DNA of 64,000 nucleotides from Podarcis bocagei (Eukaryota): assembly GCA_964188305.1 (NCBI GenBank), contig OZ076887.1; one strand, 5' to 3'. The position numbers and the translations under genes are program-made. Under the pieces are notes generated by a model. It ran no database searches and had not been told where the DNA came from. It worked only from the letters and a program-made list of their open reading frames with translations. Of the stretch, positions 13,714 through 24,988 are shown one piece after another; the stretch's first letter is position 1; each line of letters opens with the position of its first letter.

Positions 13714-14588
13714 GGTGCTTTATAAAAACTCTAATTAGACTACCCCTAAAATAAAATGTAGTATTAATGTGAGCTCCATATTCTTAAAGGAGCTCACTCA
13801 TCCATTAAAGAGTCATGAACCTCTCTCTCTTTCACTGGACCAAAACACATAACCAGACCAGAGTATTAAGAATTTTATTTTATTTTACTGACAGCATTCT
13901 TATACCACTCACTAATTGTTAATTCTCTGAGTAATGCATATGCTCAATTGCCACTCAATCCTACCTATTTTGGCAGTTTCTGGGGTAATCATATTCCTTT
14001 ACTATGTGACTAACTCTTTAGTTTCCATATTCTCAACATGCCAATCCAGCAGTATTAACATGTGCTTTTTTTTTTGCATTTTTGTTGTGGCAAGTGAGAA
14101 GGGGCTGGGGACCACTATGCAAGCTCATAGCACTTCTGATCACACTTATTGTAGCTTGTCACATTACAATGAGTGCTATACAGGGCCAGCACCCCCTTCC
14201 AAGGGACCATGAGGGGTTACAAAGGAAAAGGGACCCATTCCACTATAACATCTAAGTATAATTTGCAACTTGTTTGGCATCAGTATCAAACATTTCTTAC
14301 ACAAATTAAGTTAAAAGTCCACAAGGAGCTTAGTGAGCCTTTGATAAACAATGCTGTGAAATAGGCCTCATCCTATGACTTTAGCAATAGAAGTACACAC
14401 AAAAATGGGAACTACCAAATGAAAAAAACTTTGAATTTGTTTCTGTTACCTAGAAAGAGCTCTCATGACATCTGTGAAAACCCTGATGAGGTTAGGATCT
14501 GTTAAAGATGGGACTGCCATCAATTTTGAAAGCACAAATTGCAAGGATACCATATTCATGTCAAATATGCTAGATCAATCCTCTAGAT

Positions 14589-14997
14589 CAGTGGTTTTCA
14601 ATCAGTGTGCTGTTGCATCCAGGGGTACCTTGAATGACGGTTAGGGGTGCAACAGGCAATACTGGCCTCTGTCCCTCCTGCCTTCCCGCCCTCCTCTCAC
14701 GTCTCTGCCTCCCCAAGGCTTGCACAGCTGTTTACTGCAGCAGCCCTGGCTATAAGTTCTCTTTGGGGCGAGGGCGGCGGGGCGGGGGCAGCTCAGAGAT
14801 CAGAGACGGCAGCAGCAGCTTCCTGGAGAACTCCCAAGGAGAGTGGAGAGGAGGTTGAGCATTTGAAAGAGGTTGAGAGGCTGCCAGCTCTGCAGGTAAG
14901 GGGTAACATAACTGGGCTCCTGAGCCCCACAGGGGTGCCGCAGAAAGAATGTAGTTGGTCAAGGGAGCTGTGGACTCAAAAAGGTTGAAAATCTCTG
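14589..14997. mobile_element. Non-autonomous hAT (Charlie-like) element
   Basis: 8-bp TSD ctctagat at 14581-14588 and 14998-15005; TIRs cagtggttttcaa and ttgaaaatctctg; GC-rich interior. Confidence 0.85.
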
Positions 14998-15968
14998 CTC
15001 TAGATACATCAACTCTGCTGAGAGCCATAGAGCTGGAGAAGAATATTAAACAGGAAATGCTTTCAATATATCAAGATTTGATTACTTACTAGAAAATTAG
15101 AGGCTCTTGTATGGTACTGTATGGTATTCACAGTTACTATATGGGGTTCCATGCACTTGAATGCAATACACACTATGTAACTGATTCATAATGTAAAAGA
15201 CTTGAGACTCATTCCTAATTTTGCATCCTGCTCACACTGAAATCTGTAAACTCTAGCATGGGTGCACCTGTTAACTCTGTTTTGTCTGTCAGATTCCCAA
15301 TTAAGCAATACTCCTGAGACAAATACAACGGTTTCATCAATTCTCCGTGACTCAAGAATGCCATGAATCAATTGTGTGTTATGTGCTGAATTTTCTTTTA
15401 CCAAGAGGGAATAGTGTTTCTCTTTCTCAACACTATTCATTATTTATGAACTTCCATCAAGTTTCCTTCCCAGATTGTTCTTTTGTTATAATTAAAAGTC
15501 CACAAACATTTCAGCTTTCCCTCATATGGAAGGTACTCAAACCCCTGTCCCTTTCTCTACCATGTCTAGCTCTATGATATCTTTTTTGAAGTGTGATACC
15601 CAGAAGTTCTATATCTTAATGCTTTGTATATGAAAGATCCCAGAGTCAATCCCTGGTATCTCAGTCAAACAAGACTGGCAATAGTGCTTGGGAAAAGCAA
15701 CCTTGGAGAACAGTCAGAGGCAAGACGAACCAACCGTCTCACAATAAAAGGCAGCTTTATAATTCCAGAACTATACCTGGTACCACTGATTAACATGATG
15801 ATACCTGATGTTTTTTTCAATCCTTCTCCTGGTCATTTCTACTGTTCAGCTATTTATGAAATTGGATGTGAAACCCTTGTACTCATCTTTCATGTTTGTT
15901 TGGGGGGACACTCAACCAATTTACAAGGCAACCTCCAAGCAACTGGAGGTAAGATAGAGTTTACTCAC

Positions 15969-16090
15969 CGATCAATCACAATCTCTTTTTGCCTTAGCAA
16001 TCCTTCTTTGATTTTCATCAGGGATTCCCAATTGTTGAAATCCTGAAAGCTTGCAGCTGGGTAACTCTGATGAGATGATCCACTCAGAAC
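15969..16090 (-). CDS. CEP85L: CEP85L coding exon (122 nt) [40 protein letters not shown](R)
   Basis: Acceptor ttcttcccag|GTT, donor CG|gtgagt; phase 0 to 2; matches recalled human ...[16 protein letters not shown]. Not in the ORF track. Confidence 0.95.
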
Positions 16091-18517
16091 CTGGGAAGAA
16101 ATGTGCAAAAGAATATTGTCAAAGAGCAGAAAAACAACACTTACTCACCCATTTATACATTTAAAAGTGCTTAGTTGAGAGAAATGTATGTTTAGAAAGC
16201 CTATTGGAAAGCGGTCCTTCCTTTGGTTTTCCTAGATGAAACAGAAACCTGGCAAACAGTAGTTTTGCCGTTTATAAAGTCTTCATCTGCAACATTTCCT
16301 TGCTTTGTTCTTTGATGTAAGTGAAAGCTTACTGAAGTCTCACATTGACTTCTTTTTATGTGATTTTTCACTGGTTTATTATCTGAGGGCACAAATAAAG
16401 CATCTTGCCTCATATCAGCTATGCCATTGACAGTCTGTGCTGCTTAGTAGGAGTCAGTGAAAGCAGATCTTGTAGTATAATGCCATGGTGAGGCATAATG
16501 TAAATGCACCAACAAGTCTGCTGGAATGACTCTGTGCACCCCTCCTTGTAAGCAGCCGCAACCCAGCTGCCAGGTGGTCAGGTAAGCACCTCCACCCCAC
16601 CCCACGATCAGCTGCTGCATTATAGACACCATTAAAATAATGGCCTCATCAACTTTACTTTTATGGTGAGAGTGATTAAAAAAGTAAATCTTGATACTTG
16701 GTGAGGACATGAAGTTGATATTTTTAGTTGCTATCTATTTCAAAAGAATACGGTTATGCAAAAAAGTGGCCTGTAAATTGGAATTACACCACAATCCTTA
16801 TTCATACAGGTTTAACTATATACAAGTAGCACTTCCTTATCAGTAACTGGACAAGCTGCCACATGTTAAAAGTCAATTCCAAACCCTTATAAAACACGTT
16901 AGTGGGAATTTTTGCTTTCAATCCAATAGGTATGTATGCTTGGAAGAAATGCCACCCAGGAACAAAAGGAATGGCTTTAGGATATTAAGGGATTCAGTGA
17001 GTTTTAGAATAGTTTCTGACCTAGGGTGAATAAAATAATATGGTTTTCTTTTAGCATATAAATGGGTATCTATTGCTTCTCATAAAATCAACTGATGGAC
17101 TGCAAGAGTTCAAAACCCCAAGATAAAATGCTATTATGAATATGTAAACATGTAGAAGTTTGTGGGGAGGGACAAGAACCAAAGAAGAAAGCAGCTGGGC
17201 CATCTAGTTCCACATTCTGGGTGGGATTCATCTAAGGAGCCCCATCAGTGGAAGTCCTACTTGACTTCTGTTTGCCAGTGTGGCTTTCCTCCCTCTCCCC
17301 TCAATTGGATCTAGCAGGGTTGGGAGAATCCCCAGAACAGAATAGAAAGGGGGAGGAGATAGGAGATTGTTCCATCTGGCAAGCTGAAATGCTTGTCCAG
17401 ACAGAACATTCGTACTAATGCAACACTGAATTCACCACCTGTACTTGTGTTGTTTTTAAAGAAACTTTAGTGTTCAGACGTAATTGTTTTTGCTCCTTGT
17501 TCCAAAGCACACACTTGAATTTTCCACTACTTGCATCCAACTCTTCCACCCCTAGTGCTATAAATATACTTCCCTTGATACAGCCCAGAACAACAAAGGC
17601 ACTCTTGATTCATATAAAACACATGGTGTTGAATACACACAGCAGGTTCCTAAGCAGATTAAATTCTATGTTACTGAAAGACAAGAGTACCTGGTATTCT
17701 TAAATATTGATGTTAGAATTCTAAAGGATCCAATCAACTCTTTATTTATTTTTAATTGTGAAGAATCCCTAAAAAGACAACTGTTCAATTCTAAAAGTAA
17801 GCTCTTTGAGGATTATAGCTGAACTGCTTTTTGAGTTTAGTATGACAGAAAAAAGCACAATAGAAGGTTTTTAAAAACATAACATAAAATTACTTAAATC
17901 AGAACACTAGGCCAGTCTAATCTAAATCTGTAAATATATGAAATTTCAAGTATTACTCTATACACTGTGTCTTCAGCTTTGGTTTCCACATTTTAACCAT
18001 GAAAGCGCACCATAGACAATCCAGAATATAACAAAGATAGCGAAGTATTTGGAACATACAGTATGCATAGTAAATGGGTGAAGGACAGAACAATTGCCCT
18101 AGGAAAAGAAAAGTTAAAGAGATCATGAGAACCATTTTCAAGTATTGCCTTGCTCTGATGGCAACAAGCTGTTTCCACCGAAACCACTAAAATGGAGATG
18201 GAAAGCTGTTTTAGCAGTGGTTTCAATGGAAGCTGCCTGAAGCTATTGAAGAAGTTGCCCTCTCCTGTGGTGGAGGGGAAGCGGGGGGAGGGAGTGTGCC
18301 TTGCTCCAGCAAAGGAACAACCAGGAGCTCACTTTCAGCTCCCAATTATCCTCTTGTGGCAATGTTGATACCTGCCCCACACTGGACAACACCTATAACA
18401 TCAGCTATGGGGCGGGTGAGCATCTTTAGAGGAAATGGCCTGATGGTCCAAGTCTGGCCTGCAGGCAAGATAAAAAAATTCCTTCCAGTAGCACCTTAAA
18501 GACCAACTAAGTTAGTT

Positions 18518-18563
18518 CTTGGTATGAGCTTTCGTGTGCATGCACACTTCTTCAGATACCAAG
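18518..18563 (-). ncRNA. Minimal type I hammerhead ribozyme motif (CEP85L-sense strand)
   Basis: Minus strand reads CUUGGUAU-CUGAAGA-A-GUGUGCAUGCACAC-GAAA-GC-UC-AUACCAAG: 8-bp stem I, CUGANGA core, stem II hairpin, GAAA, palindromic AGCU in place of stem III, UH cleavage site. Confidence 0.7.
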
Positions 18564-18600
18564 TATCTGAAGAAGTGTGCATGCACACGAAAGCTCATAC
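18563..18600 (+). ncRNA. Minimal type I hammerhead ribozyme motif (mirror copy)
   Basis: GUAU-CUGAAGA-A-GUGUGCAUGCACAC-GAAA-GC-UC-AUAC; 4-bp stem I. Confidence 0.6.
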
Positions 18601-21490
18601 CAAGAACTAACTTAGTTGGTCTTTAAGGTGCTACTGGAAGGAATTTTTTTATTTTGACTATGGCAGACCAACACGGCTACCTATCTACTACTGGAACTGC
18701 AGGCAAGATGTTCCCCACCCTTGATATAAAGGCATTCCAATTATTGAAAGAACAGCTTTAAAAAAGCAAGCAATGGTCTCATATTACATCAACACAGATT
18801 TAGGTTGGCAAACAGTGCAAGGTCCCTAAAAGAATGGTGAATTTAAATGAAGCCTTCCACTGCTGGAGACTGAAATAGGTGACACAAAATTATTTCAGTT
18901 TCTGATCCTATTGCCCCTTTATATTAGAGAGAGATCAATGAAATAGTGCATACTGGATGCATACACCTTTCTTTTAGGTTCCACAGATTGTGCTTCCGCT
19001 CAGTGGTGAAGCCTGTGTGCTATTACCCCCCCCCCCGCTTTTCCCCCTAAGGCCACTTCTAGACAGCAGCTCTTTCACCACCAGCATCCTAGTTGAGGGC
19101 TTTGAAGCAACAGTGCTATGTTTTGTAGTATCATCATTGTGCCATCTACATGGATCTATGAGCCTACCTTTGACTTTCCGAGGGCACATGAACAGATTAT
19201 GTTCACATGCCTCTCACTAAAGCACTCCAGCTGATAAAAGAAGCAACCTTCTGGAAAATCACTAAGTTCCATGCTGCCCATTTTGTGTATTAGATTTTGC
19301 ACTTGGGAACTGATTTCTCAATACTAAACATATGTGTATTCAATTAACAAAAACCTTTTAGTTCAACATGCTGTGTTAAGGGCTTCCCATGTTCACGCAA
19401 GTTCCAAAATACAAGGAAATTACAGCTGTTATGACCACACCCTGGAACACTACTGGAATGCTGGAAGCTACCATTCCATGTTACAAATACCCAACTAGCA
19501 GCCAATATCACTCATGCAGAATGAAAGACCAGTCTTTGCCTCTATATAATGATAGAGAATTTGACAAACACAACTGGCTATTTTAAGAGAAATGCAGAAA
19601 GCTAAATTAAACACTAGCAGAGTGTTTCCATCATGGGCTTCTAAATGACACAATTTTAGTGTAAATTTGTCCACCGATTCCACAAACTGATGGAACACTG
19701 TACATAGCTAATAGAGGCACTTGCACCTTCATTTTTGTTCAGTGTTACATAGTTACCCATTCTGCTTCTACTTTCCAGGTTAAGCAGTTTCCCAAGAAAT
19801 GCCCCCCGCCTTTCAGAAGAAGAGTCACTGTAATCCTAGCTAAACTACGAGAGGAAAAAAATACTATTTTTATCTCATTTGTGATTTATCTAATTCATTT
19901 TCTTTTATGACACCTCCTGGAGCCAGCACACTTCAGTGACAGAAGTGTCTCCAGCGGGATGACTCATACTACATACCTATGGACCAGCTAAAAAACTTAA
20001 CACATAATGTTAAAACAAATGGGGGGGGGGGACAATTCCTTTAAGCCCTGCACCAAAGTCAGTAACACATTTGCCAGAAAGCCTTCCACTTATATTCTGG
20101 CCAATATTATGGACAACACTTCTAGGTGGCACTTCAGATGACGTTCAGAGCAAGTGTGTCTGGAATTTTCCAGAGATAACAGAAGGTCTGTCCTAAGTAT
20201 AGAAGCACTTGTTTTAATAAGTGTTCATATTATCTTCCCATTACATTCGAATTCTCTAGTGATCTTTACAAACTATCACCTTCTTTGAAATGTGTTTAGC
20301 ATGTTACACAGCAAAACACCACGATCAAGGGCTCTTAACAGTAAACAAGAATGTATACTAATACTAATATTAGTAGTGATATAATAATCATCTGGTGTTA
20401 GCGCTACTGTTAAATCAAAGATCAAGAAATGTCAACTGTTTTGGTTGACTGAAAACAAAAGAAATCTTTGGGTTGCCTGTGGCCTACATACATACAACAT
20501 ACAAATACACTTTAACGACAGCTCTTCTGTCAGTCTTCTATAAGAAGTACTGTGAACGTATATGCCAGTGACATTTTAATATGTACTCATGTGTAACGCA
20601 ATGCCAAAGTGCAATGGAGGGCTTTCCAAGTGTTGCATGCACAAATTTTTGAAAATGACCTTAATAAAGATTCAGACTTCTTCAGATTTAGAAGTTACTT
20701 GTTGGCACCTGTCTTAGGAGACATGGAAGAGTGCACCTTTCGAGGGTAAAGTCAAACCACTGGAGTTTTACAGCACTAGCTGTGCCTGTAGAGATATGGG
20801 AGAAACATGTTTTATTGCAGGTGGGGTGGATGAAGGCATCTGATTTTGCTGCAGCAGATGTACCATGGTGATTCTTCCCAGTAATCATTCCTCTGGTCAC
20901 TGCTGTGGATACACAACCTGACTGTCACCAGGCACTGTGATAGTCTGCAGAGGATTCCCATAAGGCAGGGTTGATGTCAGCAGCATTCATGCCACATTTG
21001 CAGTTATCTTTGTGATGCAGACTAGGGTCTGGCAACAGGCCTAGTGCCTGAAGCCATCCCTCTGCAGAACATGTCCTTGGAGATCTTGCTAGCTTCCATT
21101 CTGTGGATATGACCAAGCCAGTGTAAACGTTGCTAAGGCATAAGGGTGAACATGCTGGGAATATGGGCTTGGGAGAAGACATCTTTGTCTGAGACTCTGT
21201 CCTGCCTTGAGATGCCCAACATCTTCCTAACACAGCACATATGGAAGGCATTGAGGAGTGGTTGTAAATTGCCCAGGATTCACTTTCATAAAGCAGAGTG
21301 CTCAATACACAAGCCTGATAGACCAGATATTGGTACTGGATGTTAGCACCACACTCTTCTATACCTTTTTGGAAAGGCAAGCCATTGCAATAGCTGCCTT
21401 GCCAATACCCCTGGGTCCAGCTTAGCATTGATGAAAAGGTTGCTGGTATTGGTGGAGTCCAGTTTGACAAAATGGTCTACCACCTCAAGT

Positions 21491-21493
21491 AAT

Positions 21494-21538
<45 letters not shown>

Positions 21539-21547
21539 AATAATAAT
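21491..21547. repeat. (AAC)n/(AAT)n microsatellite
   Basis: Seen directly; source of the poly-N and poly-L pseudo-ORFs. Confidence 0.95.
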
Positions 21548-21606
21548 GCCTGGCGTGCTCTGGTCCATGGGGTCACAAAGAGTCAGACACGACTAAACAA
21601 CAACAA
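21548..21606 (+). mobile_element. BovB LINE 3' terminal fragment
   Basis: gcctggcgtgctctggtccatggggtcacaaagagtcagacacgactaaac followed by an (AAC)n tail matches the recalled BovB 3' end. Confidence 0.8.
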
Positions 21607-24600
21607 TTATTATTATTTATTATTATTATTTGTACCCCACCCATCTGACTGAGTTGCCCCAACCACTCTGGGTAGCATGTGGTCACCAACGCTGATGAGG
21701 CCTTCATCAGGTCTATGAAGGTGGAGCACAAGGAGTATCTCTGCTCAGCATTTCTCCTGCAGCCAGTGCAGTGAGAAAATCAGGTCAACTGTTGACCTCT
21801 GAGCTCTAAACCCACATTGTGACAATACACCCTATTAGTGAGTAGCTGTAATCTGTTGAGATTTACACAGGCAAAAGCTTTCCCCACAGTACTTAGCAGG
21901 GAGATTTCATGATAGTTGATACAATACCGGTGGTCACAATTGTTCTTGTAGAGGTTTGCAATGCTGGAGTCACACATGTCTTGTGGTGCATATCCTTGTT
22001 CCTAACAATGCAAGATGTGGCCATGGAGATGTGTCATGAGGGAGAAACTGAAGCTGGCTTTCAGCCCTTTTATTGGGATTCTGTCCTGTCCTGGGGCTTC
22101 ACCACATGCCTGAGAGTTGATGGCATTCTTCAGCTCATCAATGGAGGGAGGGACATCCAGCACTTCCAAGAGAAGGGGAGAGTCTAGATGCTGTCAAATG
22201 CAGTTACTTAAAGAGCAGGATTCTATTATCTAACCAAAGTATGAAAAGGATCCCCCCGAAAACAAAAAAAAACCCGCACATGTCTAACATAAATTCAACA
22301 ACAGCAAAGAATGAAATAAAATGTAGCATTTTCTTGGATAGACAGGAAAACATAATGCAATCTTGATTACAGGTTAGGCATGTGGAGCACTATGACAATC
22401 AGATGAAGTGTTCCTTCAAGAACGCAGCAGGACTGGTAGGGAGCAAATGCACAAGGGGAAGGAGGACCCACCTGCTACCAATGTGACTATTACAGTCTGG
22501 AAAAGCAATCAACTTCTTAGGCCCTGTAACCGTTGCAATTGCAAGAAGGCCATGGAGAAAACGGAAAAATTGTCAAGTAATTTATTGTGGGGAGTAAGTG
22601 AAAGGGCTTAACGATTTGGCTCTGTTCCAAAAAAACTAACCTCTACCACTTGACACCATGAAGGGTGCTTGATAGGACACTTGACTTTTAAAAGTCAGCA
22701 GCTTGATAAAGGCCATCTGAGGAAAACCTGTGTCTCTACCATCTTTACAGGAATTCGAAGGCTGGCTTGCGTGAGTAGAAGTTGTGCTCATGAATGAAAA
22801 TCCATGAAAATATAACGGTTAGCATGAGAAAACATGTAACTAGTTCAAAGACCCTTAAATGGCCAAAGTGGCTGTGTCATCCATAGGTTTTTAAAAACTG
22901 GATTCCTGTAGAGTCTCTCATTTTACATGTGTGCATGTTTGTAGACATGGATGGGAACTCATTAAAGTGCACTCCTCATTTAAATGTGTGAGAAGCAGTT
23001 ATGGTCTAGATCAGAGGTGGTGAACTGTGACTGCCAGGTGTTGCTAGACTCCAACTACACCAGCCCCAGCAGGCCTGTGTTAAGTATGATGTGATTTGTT
23101 GGAGGGCTATGGGTTGGGCATCCCTGGTTTACATAGATTTTTCTTATAATCATGCATACTAAAGGCTTTTAACATGCAACAAAAAATGAGAAGGAAAAGA
23201 ATATATTTTATTCACTCTCAGAGAACAAGATCATTAAACTGTCTACTTGTAGCCACAAAGAAGCTCAAAAGATGACATGGGAAGCAAATTAGCACACATT
23301 GCTAAACCTGTCTTACCATAGTGCCTCCCAGAATCCTGTCCAGATCCATTTATAACAACTGCATCAGGAGTTAATTCTGATGTTTCCAAAAACTGGACTT
23401 GATTCTCCAGTGTGCATTTATTTATTACTATTTATATCTGAGACATCTGGGATGTACCAACATGAAGGAATTCTGCATAAGACACAAACACCAGAATTCC
23501 TTTGCATGGGTATTTATAGTAAATGTGGAGGAATATATTATGTACTTTACTCAACACAGTTTTCACTCAAAACAGAATTTATTGGAATATGCACCACTTA
23601 TTTACTCCAAGTCATAAGAGAAGCAGGGAGGAATCTATGTTATTTTAGAGAGAAATTAGGAAGATTCTCCAAAAAACTGGGAGCCTAAAATAAACACTCA
23701 CTCACAGTGCAATTCTATGCACATTAACCTGACAATTAAATCTCATTAAACACAACGGGACTTACTTCTGAGTAAACATGCAATAGGATTGCATTGTCAG
23801 ATTTTTATTTTATTTAGCATTTTGCTGGTTACTGAATGGCAGAAAGGTATGTTTGATAAAGAATGCAATCTAATGCTTACTTATTTGCTAGCAAGCATTA
23901 GTATACCCATGTAAACGATCAGGATGTAATTCCCACAAAACATTGTGGGACTATTATTTGCATAATCCAGCCAAAACCAAACTCTTAACTGAGTTATGAA
24001 ATTTCATTGCTTTCAATGGAAGAAACTTAAGCACGTAGATCTTTTACTACAGTAAGTGAAGCTTATAGTTTGTGTACTTTGGCCTGGATTTTACCCAGCA
24101 TTTAAAAGGAGATGGGAAAATTACTATGGGGTTTATTTAACTGTAATGAACAAGACTTTGAGCACAGAATTCCTACCACCTGTTTGGTAAACAAGCGTTT
24201 TGTGACTCTTAACTTCTTAACAGTTATTTCCATCTCTGTAGCTAGCATCGTAGACATACTGCTTCTCTGTGTAAAACTCTCGTTTGATGGTGGCCTATGA
24301 ACTATTCATGGTCATTAACCAAAATAATAATAATGGATCTATCATAAGATTCCTTCAGAGCCAGTTTGGGATTCCATAGCTGTCTCAAACTAAACATACC
24401 TCACCACATGGGGCAGACCAATACAACATGATCCACAAAGCTAAACATCCTTGGAACCATCCTTTTTGTGGCATCAACAAAAGTAAGTTTGCCAAGACTA
24501 AGGTAGAATACCATACATGATTGGTGGACTTTGTTCCTCTTGGTTGCAGATACTGAACAGCCCTTTTATGAGGGCTACACATTTATTTATATGCATTAAA

Positions 24601-24759
24601 TGAGGCACTAGAAATTAATATACAACTGTCATTAAAAAAAAAACACCTGTCCAAATCCACAATAAAGTATGACATACGCCCACATTCAAACTCATTCCCT
24701 AATCTCCTAAACCAAGGAAATCCTTTGTGAAGGAGGTCTTTTCTAGCAAGATTTCATGG

Positions 24760-24988
24760 AGATGAATGCTACCAATGGCTACTAGCTATGATGGCCATGC
24801 TCTGCCTCCAGAGGTGGAGGAAGAAATGCTTCTCAACACTAGTTGCTGGAAATCAAAGGAGGGGAGAGTGGTCTTGTGCTCAATTCATGTTTATGGGCTT
24901 CCCCAGTTAACTGGTTGGCTACTGTGAGAACAGGATGCTGGACCAGATAAGCCTTTGGCCAGAACCAGCAGGCTCTTCTTATGTTCTA
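24760..24988 (+). mobile_element. CR1-type LINE 3' end fragment
   Basis: ...ggatgctggaccagataagcctttggccagaaccagcaggctcttcttatgttct tail typical of reptile CR1-like elements; boundaries approximate. Confidence 0.55.

Larger units (their letters stand above)
18472..18696. mobile_element. Penelope-like retroelement remnant forming a perfect 90-bp inverted repeat
   Basis: Arms 18470-18559 and 18563-18652, loop CAA; 13-bp direct repeat ctgcaggcaagat at 18459-18471 and 18697-18709; sequence resembles recalled squamate Penelope terminal repeats. Confidence 0.8.
20900..22187 (-). mobile_element. Degenerate RTE-clade LINE ORF2 fragment (reverse transcriptase and C-terminal region)
   Basis: Frameshifted minus-strand peptides NYHEISLLSTVGKAFACVNLNRLQ and VYQACVLSTLLYESESW are typical of RTE RT. 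Internally deleted and interrupted at ~21490-21677; ends approximate. Confidence 0.8.

Noticed and set aside
14634-15028. Overlapping ORFs of 74-113 aa
   Set aside because: GC-rich interior of a hAT element with a clear 8-bp TSD.
21343-21652. Poly-Leu and poly-Asn ORFs
   Set aside because: Translations of the (AAC)n microsatellite.
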